From TPA_inf: Saccharomyces (lineage: Eukaryota), in contig BK006941.2 of NCBI GenBank assembly GCA_000146045.2, positions 960,001 through 1,024,000 of the forward strand: 64,000 bases of DNA, given 5' to 3'. Positions 22,069-31,175 of this stretch are shown here, one piece after another. Position 1 is the first letter of the stretch; the number at the start of each line of letters is the position of its first letter. Below the pieces are notes generated by a model. That model ran no database searches. It saw nothing but the letters and a program-made list of their open reading frames with translations, and was not told where the DNA came from. Both the position numbers and the translations under genes were made by a program.

Positions 22069-22481
22069 TGTTGATGCCCTTGATTGGTATATTCAGTGCG
22101 TCTTGTGCTTCCTCCTTAACTATTATTACTTATTCAAAAAAGTGACGTTTGATATGTTTTTTTAGTGGTAGAACGTTCTATCTGTTAAGCGTGTTATGGT
22201 TATCTGCGATGAGATGAGTTTAAAATTTTCATTTTTTAGCCGATCAAGCAAAAGAAAAGAAAAAAAAAAAAAACTGAAATTTCCACCTTACCCGTTTTTT
22301 TAATGGAACAGTGATTGTTACGACATTGAGATTTTAGATTTATATAATCACATACATATTAAATAGTTAATGCACCTTTAATTCTTTTGCACTTCATGTT
22401 CTATATATTTTAGCCAAAACCAAATGTATTGCGTCTTTATTTCCGTTCCCTTTTTCCTTCCTAGGGTTGATTACCTAAACG

Positions 22482-24272
22482 TTACCTAAACAAACCGTCA
22501 ATGGCGTCGTAATTAATCTTCTTGGAGAAACTTGCCTTCTGCAACATGTTCTTGACACTATCAGCAGTTGTGAAATCACCACTTTCCTCAGCTGCCTTCA
22601 ATGCAGCGTGTAAACCAGACTTATCTTGTAAGTCTGACATCAATCCGATAGCTGCTGCTGCATCCACAGTTTTTGTAGGTTCGTCACTTCTAGTATTATT
22701 CCTACGTCTCGTACGTTTTTTTTTCACTGATGTGTTACCTGTGGCAATATCTGCCTCCTGTTTCAAACGTTTACTCTCTTGTTCAAGTAAGAAATCTGCG
22801 TTCAGACCAATCCAAATTCTTTCCTTCAATTTAGAAGCTTCCTCGTTTAATAGGTGCGCGTTTAACTCCTCATCATCAACATCTTCTAAATTATCTGGGT
22901 CGTCACTAACTTTCGAAAGGTATGTGTCCGTTGTGGGTAACAAGTGTAAATTGCGAGGACAATATGGGTCTGTTTCTAGAGAGTAACCATCAATGGCATC
23001 TTGAAAATGCCCAGATTCGTTCTCTTTCTTTTCTTCTGATGTTTTTGTCTTTACCTTCTTGACTTTTTCCTCAGTCCCTTCCGTCTCTTTGTCTTCCCCT
23101 TCAACATGCTCGTTCTGGATAGAAACTTCAGAAAGTTTGCGTTTCCTTGTTTCGTTTTCAGAACCTTCATGGTATATATTTTCACCATCTATACCATTAG
23201 TAGCCTTAATCCTCTCCACAACACGGGCCCTTCTTTCTGAAAATTGTTTTAAGTAAAACAGGACTTCCTTGGAAGACAGTTCTTGTTCTCCTAATACTTG
23301 CGTCAAAATTGGATTTTTATTCAATGCTTCTTCACTTGTTTGAAACATCTCTTCTTTGTCTAAAGAGTCCTTTATTTTTCTTTCTTTCTTTCTGTTCTTC
23401 ACAAAGGAGGGAGGCCTAGCCTCACCGTCTTCCACATCATTTTCTCTAAATTTTTGAACTGAAAGTTTAGCAGCCTTTGTATTTTTGAATTCGTTCAACC
23501 GTTGCTGTAAAGTTTCCTCGGCGACATGTGAAACTGCGACGATCTCTGTATGAGTTCTTCTCAAATTATTCATCCTGCAAGCTAGTAGAATACATGCGCC
23601 GGCAATACCTGCAGGTCTACGTCCTTCAAACATCCAGTCCTTGGACATTCTTTGAGCCAATTTTACGGCATCTTTTACCACTTTGATCTTCTTGTCAGCA
23701 AGATCCAATTTTTCGGCAAAATGTTGAATGAATAAGGAAGGATCCGCTAACGGCAATTCTGTGATATGTAATTTCTTTACCATTTTCAAAAATGTGGCTC
23801 CTATGGAATACACACTCACCTGTAACCTTGAAGAGAAGTCGATCAGCATATGATGCGTCTTTTCCTTTCTACATGCAACGTAAAGACATGAAGCGATAAC
23901 ATTTTGGGACCTACGACCTTGTACAAAGTTATTAGCCAATGCAAGCTTATACCATTGGAAAGCAGCATCTGTGATATATTCCGGGATATGTAATGCGTAA
24001 GAAACGGCGCGTAATTTCCTTCTTGCATTGTTCAATGTGGCTTCTCTAGATTCTAGAGCACTAGAACCACCAAATGCAGCATGACTTTGTCCTGCACCGA
24101 TAAAAGAACCTTGTACTACAGCAGCACCTGCACTTGTTTCACCGAATGTAACTTCAGAGACGATAGGATTATCTTCTGAGACAACACCACAAGCTTTACA
24201 AACTAAATCGTTGTTAGCATTGGAAAGATCTCTCTCAAATTCGGTTCCGTGACAGTTCTTACACACTGGCAT
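22482..24272 (-). CDS. BRF1: TFIIIB subunit Brf1 (TFIIB-related factor), 596 aa
   Basis: N-terminal zinc ribbon (MPVCKNCHGTEFERD…CKACG), then two cyclin-fold repeats and a charged C-terminal half. 596 aa equals BRF1. Confidence 0.95.
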   Translation of the reverse strand: MPVCKNCHGTEFERDLSNANNDLVCKACGVVSEDNPIVSEVTFGETSAGAAVVQGSFIGAGQSHAAFGGSSALESREATLNNARRKLRAVSYALHIPEYITDAAFQWYKLALANNFVQGRRSQNVIASCLYVACRKEKTHHMLIDFSSRLQVSVYSIGATFLKMVKKLHITELPLADPSLFIQHFAEKLDLADKKIKVVKDAVKLAQRMSKDWMFEGRRPAGIAGACILLACRMNNLRRTHTEIVAVSHVAEETLQQRLNEFKNTKAAKLSVQKFRENDVEDGEARPPSFVKNRKKERKIKDSLDKEEMFQTSEEALNKNPILTQVLGEQELSSKEVLFYLKQFSERRARVVERIKATNGIDGENIYHEGSENETRKRKLSEVSIQNEHVEGEDKETEGTEEKVKKVKTKTSEEKKENESGHFQDAIDGYSLETDPYCPRNLHLLPTTDTYLSKVSDDPDNLEDVDDEELNAHLLNEEASKLKERIWIGLNADFLLEQESKRLKQEADIATGNTSVKKKRTRRRNNTRSDEPTKTVDAAAAIGLMSDLQDKSGLHAALKAAEESGDFTTADSVKNMLQKASFSKKINYDAIDGLFR

Positions 24273-24965
24273 TGGTATATGACTATGGACTCTTTTTTAT
24301 TACCGTTTTTACCATTGGGATTGTTCTTGATGCGATCAAAAATATGATTTTTTTTATCATACCTGATACTTCGCGAAAACCTTAGAATAGCAAATAAGGC
24401 CATCGCAACATTAATAGACAAAAATTAGAGTCACTTCACTTCGTTGATTTTTGATAGCGACGGCCGTGACCATTGCAAGATTTCTAATGAGGGGAAGAAC
24501 AACTTTTCTTGTAGATTACCTCCACTTTAATCGGATGTCTTTTTTTACGTCCAAGAGTATTCAATGTCATCAAGATAGAAGCAAATTTTTCTAACACTAA
24601 ATGTTATATTGCATCTGTATCAGTATATATGTGTATGTGGGAAGCCATAGTTCACTACTTCACAACTTTAAAAACAATCTATTTTCCTTTGTTCACTAAG
24701 TGATTTTGTAGGCGTGATCAAGTGCTTACCGGGGGGTTTTTATTTTTTTTAGGTTAGATCCGATGGAGAAGCGATGCAGGTGAAGTTTAATAAGAACCCA
24801 ATTCGTAAGCAGGGGCACAAACAATCAAGAAGTTATCAAAGTCACTTTTGAGATACCAAGAATCTAATCAGATTATTTTATCATTTTATTTTACCATCAA
24901 TTGTAATTATTCTAGTTTGGGAATTCGCGATACTTCAATTTGCTAATATCAGTAACCACAGAAAA

Positions 24966-25685
24966 ATGGCAATAGCATTATGGTATTGTCCACCACAAGG
25001 ATCAGTTGCTTACGAGACATTACAGATGCTTATATTTTCGTTTCAAACGTTGTTCCCAGATTCACCAGTTTTTGAACCTCATGTGACGGTAACGTCCCAT
25101 TTGGTGTGCAATAGTAAAGATGATGTCAACAAAATCTTGACCTCCTGTGTTGCTGCCATCCAATCGATAAGGTCACACCAAACAGCAAAGAAAGGACGTA
25201 AGGGACAGGTATCCCATGCTGTTGCAGCTCCTTTGGTATCTTTCAATGGATGCAGTGTAGGTAAACAATATTTCAAGAAAATTGTGCTCGAGTGTAACAA
25301 GAACAAAATACTTTATGGGGTCGCACAAGTCATGAGAGAGATGTACGTAGAGATCGATCCTGAGACGCGAAGTAGCCGTGCCGCCACTTGGGTGCACGAG
25401 GAATTCCATCCTCACGTCTCATTGCTTTATTCGGATATTCATCCGGTAAGTCAGGCGTCATTGCGAGTAGTTCAACAAAGAATTGAAGATGCTCTAGACG
25501 TGCAACTAGTTCCAAGAGAGAAACGTAAGGGTTCCGGAAACGCTGATGGGTCCAATGAAGTGCAAATGAGATGGGATTTTGACGTATCTTCATCGCTATC
25601 TTGGAATATCCCAGGAACGTTTAAAGTGGTCAACTGTGTGGGGCCCGTTCAAGAATGGGAGGTATTGGGACGGGTGGACGTTTAA
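24966..25685 (+). CDS. CPD1: 2',3'-cyclic-nucleotide 3'-phosphodiesterase (2H phosphoesterase family), 239 aa
   Basis: Two H-x-T/S-x motifs of the 2H family (EPHVTVTS and HPHVSLLY). 239 aa equals CPD1. Confidence 0.9.
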   Translation: MAIALWYCPPQGSVAYETLQMLIFSFQTLFPDSPVFEPHVTVTSHLVCNSKDDVNKILTSCVAAIQSIRSHQTAKKGRKGQVSHAVAAPLVSFNGCSVGKQYFKKIVLECNKNKILYGVAQVMREMYVEIDPETRSSRAATWVHEEFHPHVSLLYSDIHPVSQASLRVVQQRIEDALDVQLVPREKRKGSGNADGSNEVQMRWDFDVSSSLSWNIPGTFKVVNCVGPVQEWEVLGRVDV

Positions 25686-25722
25686 GCATACATTTATGTG
25701 CACTGTAAGTAATTATATAGAA

Positions 25723-25744
25723 TTTTTTTTTTTTTTTTTTTTTT
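25723..25744. repeat. Homopolymer (dT)22 in the CPD1-SOL4 intergenic region
   Basis: Counted directly in the sequence. A poly(dA:dT) tract of this length probably excludes nucleosomes and may mark the SOL4 promoter. Confidence 0.9.
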
Positions 25745-25808
25745 CATATCTGTCAATACTTGAAAATGTTCTAGTTAGAGATTTACGTATACTGATCGCT
25801 TGCCTTCG

Positions 25809-25850
25809 CAAGGGATGGAAATCCCTTGAAAATTAAAAAAATCCCCCCCT
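25809..25850. promoter_or_regulatory. Candidate stress elements upstream of SOL4: 20-bp inverted repeat CAAGGGAT-GGAA-ATCCCTTG (two opposed AGGGAT PDS-like cores) at 25809-25828, and a C7T run containing the STRE CCCCT at 25843-25850
   Basis: Motifs seen directly. About 120-165 bp upstream of the SOL4 ATG. AGGGG/CCCCT (Msn2/4) and AGGGAT (Gis1/Rph1) are established stress and post-diauxic elements. SOL4 is reported to be stress-induced. Confidence 0.45.
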
Positions 25851-25971
25851 AAGCAGCGAAAATTGTAAGATCCATAATATTTAAGAAATGACGAAGAACG
25901 TAGTCTTATCGCAGCAGTTTTCCAAACAAAGAATGCCATTCATCAAATAATCCACAACCACCTCAAGAAAA

Positions 25972-26739
25972 ATGGTGAAATTACAAAGGTTTAGCGAAAA
26001 GAAAAGCCTCATACACGAATTCGGCAAGTTTATCCTTGAAAAGCAAGAATCGGCGTTAACGGGCGACGCTGATGCAGTGTTCAATATCGCCATCAGTGGA
26101 GGATCGATGAACCAAGCGCTGTACGAAAGTTTGGTAAATGACAAAAACATTTTTCCACATATTAAGTGGCCACAATGGAGAATCTTCTTCTGTGACGAAA
26201 GATTGGTTCCATTTGAGGATCCGCAAAGTAACTATGGTCAGTTCAAAAAAACAGTTTTGGACCCGCTAGTGCATCAGGGCAACCAATTGAACTTAGGCCC
26301 CACTGTATACACTATCAACGAATCATTAATCGGTGGCGGTGAAACGGCCAATAGAAAGATTGCCGAAGAATACGCTTCCATGCTGCCTGCATCATTCGAC
26401 CTAATCTTACTCGGATGCGGAGAAGATGGACATACATGCTCGTTGTTTCCCGGGGTTGAATTTAATTACCTTGTAGAAGAGATGGACCGCAAGGTTTTAT
26501 GGTGTAATAATTCGCCCAAGGCACCCAAGGACAGGATCACCTTTACATTAGCAGTAGTAGCCGAGGCTAAAAGTGTGTGCTTTCTCGTTAGGGGAGCTGC
26601 TAAAAAGGCTATCATGCATGACGTGTTAATCGTAAAAAATAGCGAACTACCTAGTGTGCTGGTTAATGAAATGGTCGGAACCAAAGTAACTTGGTTTCTC
26701 GACGACGAAGCTGGCGCCTTGATTCCTGAAAACTGCTAA
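25972..26739 (+). CDS. SOL4: 6-phosphogluconolactonase, 255 aa
   Basis: GlcN6P-isomerase/6PGL fold (IAISGGSM…, LLGCGEDGHTCSLFPG). 255 aa equals SOL4. Confidence 0.93.
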   Translation: MVKLQRFSEKKSLIHEFGKFILEKQESALTGDADAVFNIAISGGSMNQALYESLVNDKNIFPHIKWPQWRIFFCDERLVPFEDPQSNYGQFKKTVLDPLVHQGNQLNLGPTVYTINESLIGGGETANRKIAEEYASMLPASFDLILLGCGEDGHTCSLFPGVEFNYLVEEMDRKVLWCNNSPKAPKDRITFTLAVVAEAKSVCFLVRGAAKKAIMHDVLIVKNSELPSVLVNEMVGTKVTWFLDDEAGALIPENC

Positions 26740-27321
26740 TTACACTCGTCTTTATACGAAACTGGCTCCGTTAATCACGACAGACAACCTTAATTACATT
26801 ACATAATAATAAATAAATGACAACTGTCTTCTTTACAGCGTATGTTGGAGCTTACTCCCGAAGCATAAACCCAGTTCTTCTAGAAGAATTGACAGCAGAA
26901 AGGAAAGGGGTACCGAAGGCAAACTCAACCTTAAAAGTTCCGTAAGCAACCGAGCCTCCGCGAAGGTTGCATAACTTAAAAGAAAAACATAGCTCACCCG
27001 GTGATACCGTTACAACGCGTTAATCTTAATGCTATGACTCGGAACCACCTGCAAAACAGCGCTAACGGAAATTTCCATGGAAATAGAATAAGGGACGCAG
27101 CAGGGTTTTTTTTTTTGGCGAGCACACGAAATATAAAATTGCTTCGGGCCAGCTGCATGGAAGGGTTAATTTCGCCCCTTTATCGCAAGCTACGCAGTTC
27201 TCCTGGCTCGAGAATGAATCTGGCCCGCCGCAGACGTTTCCTGGCCCCAGATTAGGAAGCAGCGGCGGCGGAACGGAAGGTGCTCTAAGCAAAATAAGGA
27301 ATATTAGCCACGCCGGTAATT

Positions 27322-27353
27322 CCCCTCCTTTGGTCTGCCCCTGGTCTGCCCCT
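27322..27353. promoter_or_regulatory. Cluster of three CCCCT (STRE-like) motifs about 700 bp upstream of MGA1, including a tandem direct repeat (TGGTCTGCCCC)x2
   Basis: Seen directly: CCCCT at 27322-27326, 27338-27342 and 27349-27353, with an 11-bp unit repeated head-to-tail at 27331-27352. Lies in an unusually GC-rich intergenic stretch (about 26950-27620). Confidence 0.3.
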
Positions 27354-28048
27354 TTCGTTTTTTATTTTTTTTTGGGTGAACGGAATACTCCGTGGGCGGC
27401 ACAAGGAGAGCCTGCGTAGGAATCTGTGCGTCTCAGTCGGGCGGGCCGATTTAGCACCGATGGTTCGCTTTGGCTTGGGCTTACGGTGACTGCGAGATTT
27501 GCAGATTAGTGCATATCCGCGCCTTTGTATGACGTGAAGCGATCCGCCCTGAACAACTTGTTACGTATATGATGTTGACTCTGCGCCCCCGTCTCTCTGG
27601 TTGCTGCCTTCTGCGCTGATTTGGTGCAATCTTTCTTTTTTGTCTTTGAAAGATTTAAGCTTTTTTTCGAGAAGAAAAAGGAGGAACCGAAAAAATAATC
27701 TTTCAGTTGTTGACCCGTAGAGCAGAAAATGGAAGGCAGTAGATATCCATATCGAAGGAAAAGCACAAACTTATCACGTTTAGGGTATTCATTAACGTTG
27801 AAGTAATCAGGTAGTGAATAGCTCGAAGTTTTCCATGCTTTCCTTTCGGTTGCATCTTTCTTCCTTTGGGGTTTTATCTTGATACGTCGTTACTTACCTT
27901 TTTTTCCAATATATATATATTGGTAGTAGCTGATCATTGCAGAAGATCTAGATCTCCTTTACACGCTTTAAGGTTAGGCAGCTGTAACCCCTATATTGAA
28001 TTTTCACCCACGCCATAAAATACAATAGCTCAGAGAACCGGTGGCCAC

Positions 28049-29419
28049 ATGCAACCTAAAACTTTCGTCCACCAACTTCATGCAATTCTTCTGGAACCGG
28101 AAGTAAATAAATGGATATACTGGTCTCCGACTGATAACACGGTATTTTTTTTGAAGCCATATGACCCTAATTTTAGTACACATGTTCTGAAGCGTTATTT
28201 CAAACATGGAAATGTCAATAGTTTTGTTCGTCAACTACACATGTACGGGTTTCATAAACTATCTCATCCTTCCCCAGACCAATCTTCTGCCAACAATGGT
28301 AACGTTAAAGAACTTGTTGAATGGAAATTTACCCACCCATCTGGATTCTTCTTCAAAGAGGCCAACGCCGGTATCTTGAATAAAATCCAAAGAAAGAGCA
28401 CTGGTGTGGGAAAAGATGGTAAAAGAAAGAATATACTGTCACCAATATCTGTCAGTTACGTTGATGCTTCGAGGTTAAATGTTCTCTCTCAGCAATCCGG
28501 ACCAGTTTCTGCAAGAGAACCATCAAACATGTTTATGGGCAGTCCCGTCCATTACTCAACATCCCAAAGTCCTCCACATATCAGTATACCGCAACAGCAA
28601 CAAAGTAGTGGACCTTACCTAATATCTTCACTGCCCCCTCAACAACCCACGGTGAACATGATGCGAAGGCAAAGCATCTCGGCGAGGATGATGAATTCTT
28701 ATGACTATCCCAATCAATTTTCCACCCAAGATAGCATAGTCCAGCCTCAGCAGCCGCAACAAGTACTTTCTCCACAAGCATTATCTGGACCTCCGATGAA
28801 GAAATCAGGAACACTATCTTCGACAGATGATCTGAAAACAACTTCCTTGCCAATTGTTAATTACCCAATGCCGTATCATCCTGGAGCTTTTGCCCAGCAG
28901 CAGCAGCAGCAGCAGCAACCGCTCCCTACAGTCCCGCCATATAGCAGTTACTCCACTCCATTTCCCTCAATGATGAACTCTCTTTCGAACTCTGCTTCTA
29001 ACTCACCTGCTTTAGGAGTTTGTAATAATAATGTAACACTACCCAAAAAAAGCAATATAAGTGAAAGGCAAGCTTTGGATAACCATATACAAACTTTAAA
29101 GAACTCTCTATCAACAATCACTGATTTGATAGAAAAACATATTAACAGCGCATCGCAAGATGAAAATAAAACTCTAACTAATGATGCCATGAACAAAGAC
29201 CTTCGAACAAGCTTATCCCTATTACAGAATTCCAAGGAGGAAATCATTCAACTTGAAAGTAAATGGATGTCTATGCAATCTGTTAAAACAACTGCCCTAC
29301 CCCTTCAAGAGACTACGAATACATCATCGACCTTAACTTCTCTGACGTCCAGCATAATTCCCAAGAGTATACCTATAATCACGAAAGGTGAAGTCGCCAC
29401 TAAACCAGCATCTTACTGA
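28049..29419 (+). CDS. MGA1: HSF-type DNA-binding transcription factor Mga1, 456 aa
   Basis: N-terminal HSF DNA-binding domain (FVHQLHAILLEPEVNKWIYW…FVRQLHMYGFHK), then a Q/S/P-rich low-complexity region. 456 aa equals MGA1. Confidence 0.94.
   Translation: MQPKTFVHQLHAILLEPEVNKWIYWSPTDNTVFFLKPYDPNFSTHVLKRYFKHGNVNSFVRQLHMYGFHKLSHPSPDQSSANNGNVKELVEWKFTHPSGFFFKEANAGILNKIQRKSTGVGKDGKRKNILSPISVSYVDASRLNVLSQQSGPVSAREPSNMFMGSPVHYSTSQSPPHISIPQQQQSSGPYLISSLPPQQPTVNMMRRQSISARMMNSYDYPNQFSTQDSIVQPQQPQQVLSPQALSGPPMKKSGTLSSTDDLKTTSLPIVNYPMPYHPGAFAQQQQQQQQPLPTVPPYSSYSTPFPSMMNSLSNSASNSPALGVCNNNVTLPKKSNISERQALDNHIQTLKNSLSTITDLIEKHINSASQDENKTLTNDAMNKDLRTSLSLLQNSKEEIIQLESKWMSMQSVKTTALPLQETTNTSSTLTSLTSSIIPKSIPIITKGEVATKPASY
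28895..28918 (+). repeat. (CAG)7CAA trinucleotide repeat encoding poly-Q inside MGA1
   Basis: Counted directly: cagcagcagcagcagcagcagcaa, encoding QQQQQQQQ. Confidence 0.9.
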
Positions 29420-31175
29420 ATTATTTTCAACAGAACACATCGCATCCAACTGAACAAACTGTTACCGCTGTTGATACCAAGGAACATTCAGTGAACGTAG
29501 GGAAGAACGAACATTCTCCATATTTTTGCATACTAGATACAAGGGGGAAGAATGCAATTATTTCACAAACCGAAAGAAAAAGAATCACAAGCTATGTTTG
29601 CTATTATCAATTTTTCTTATGATTAATTTAACATAAATTATGGCCTTTTTCATTCCGGCTGCGCTTGTTCTCCAATTTTTTTTTTTTTTTTGAGAAAACT
29701 TTAAAAATTTCAAATGTAAGAAAGTAGAGCAGATCTTTTAGCAAGGATCCGCTTAACATTCCAACAAAAAAGGAAAAATAAAACAATAATTTCGTTCCCC
29801 ATCTATCCTTCGCCTCTCCTTCGCTCTGTAATTTTTTTTACTCGCGCGCTTCCGACTTTTGAAAGAAGGAGCAATAAAGTTAAATAAATGTAATTAAATT
29901 ATGCTTTTTTAGGCAAGTTCGGGACTTTGTTGCCACGTATTGCTCTTCTATGCAAGCACTTCACTCCTTTTCTTTCATCTCTGTTTTCTTCCACTGGCTG
30001 GAAGCTTGAGGGTTGCCTCTTGATTCTTTATCGCCTGCAACCATTGCCTTGTTCCGTCCTCTCAAGGCGTTCCTTCCGTGCTTTTTAAATACTAGAATCA
30101 TTCGAGACGTATTTATGAGCATGTTACTTCTTGATGTTTATCTAAGAGGGTTGTTTAGGTTATCCGCATTATTTTTAAAGTTTTAAGGTTACATCATTTA
30201 TTCAGACGCGTTCGGAGGAGAGTGCATTCACCAAGATGTAAATTTCTTCAGTTTTCCGGATTAGGATTGGAAAAATGAAGAAAAATAGCTGCAGAAGAGC
30301 CGAAAATAGGTCAGAAAAAAAAAAAGACAGGCAAAATAGGTGTAAGCGTTAAATGCCTATTGCCTGCTGTACTAGCTAGCTAAAGTAATTGTAGCAGTTG
30401 TTATTAAGGAGTTCTTTAAATCATATTGCTTGCTTGTATCAGACCATTGGAAACTTCAATGTTTAAACTCTAGAAAGGTTGATCTGCTCAAATATTTTCA
30501 TATTTACGGCATGTCCTAACTTGAACATTTGTAGAAGAGAGACATATTTCTTAGTGTAGGCAAGATATTTGAATGACATTGTCTGCCGAAATATACTCGA
30601 CTTGCAGTGGAACTGCAAGTCGAAAAGGATATCGCTTTAGCCAAACAAAAATTTGTTGTGCTATTCAGTGAGCATGCATTGGCTATAGAGGCCGCACCTA
30701 AATTGTATCTTTTGATTTATGTAACTGCCACACTTTCTCTAGCACAGTCATGATACGGCTTTTTTTCATTTAGCCACCAAATACTGTAAATATCGTTTTA
30801 GAACGTTATGAAAAAATGCTCATCCACTTAAAAACCTCTCCGTATTCTGAAAGTTGGTATAATCTTGCACTTTAAGTGTATATCTTTTTATGCAATCTTT
30901 TTGAATAATGAGTGTTTTTCAAAATTTTGACATTCATGTGAATTGTTTATCTATCCTTTGCATAGTAAAAAAATAGATGCAGAATTTACTCACCTCAAGG
31001 AGGGGCAAAGTAATAAGAAAAGTTACCATAGGCTAGTTGAATGTCCAAGATCGTAAAGAATGAAGAAAAAAGGAGTAAAAAGTATGAATAAGATAAATGA
31101 AAATATAAAAATAAAAACCAACTAATACATGAAGAAAAAAAAGCAGACAAAAACATTTTATGGACCTGATGCAAT

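Noticed and set aside
27001-27292. ORFs 27001..27255 (+, 84 aa) and 27062..27292 (-, 76 aa) in the GC-rich island upstream of MGA1, and ORF 40185..40376 in the GC-rich island upstream of ENO1
   Set aside because: GC-rich DNA has few stop codons, so short ORFs arise by chance. Mutually overlapping frames and Arg/Pro/Gly-rich low-complexity translations argue against coding.
31100-31110. 11/11 match to the ARS consensus sequence (TTTTATATTTT on the minus strand) in the RIE1 3' region
   Set aside because: Perfect ACS matches vastly outnumber real origins in AT-rich yeast DNA. I could not verify a B-element or helical-instability context by eye and cannot check it against the origin databases. 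I will not call an origin.
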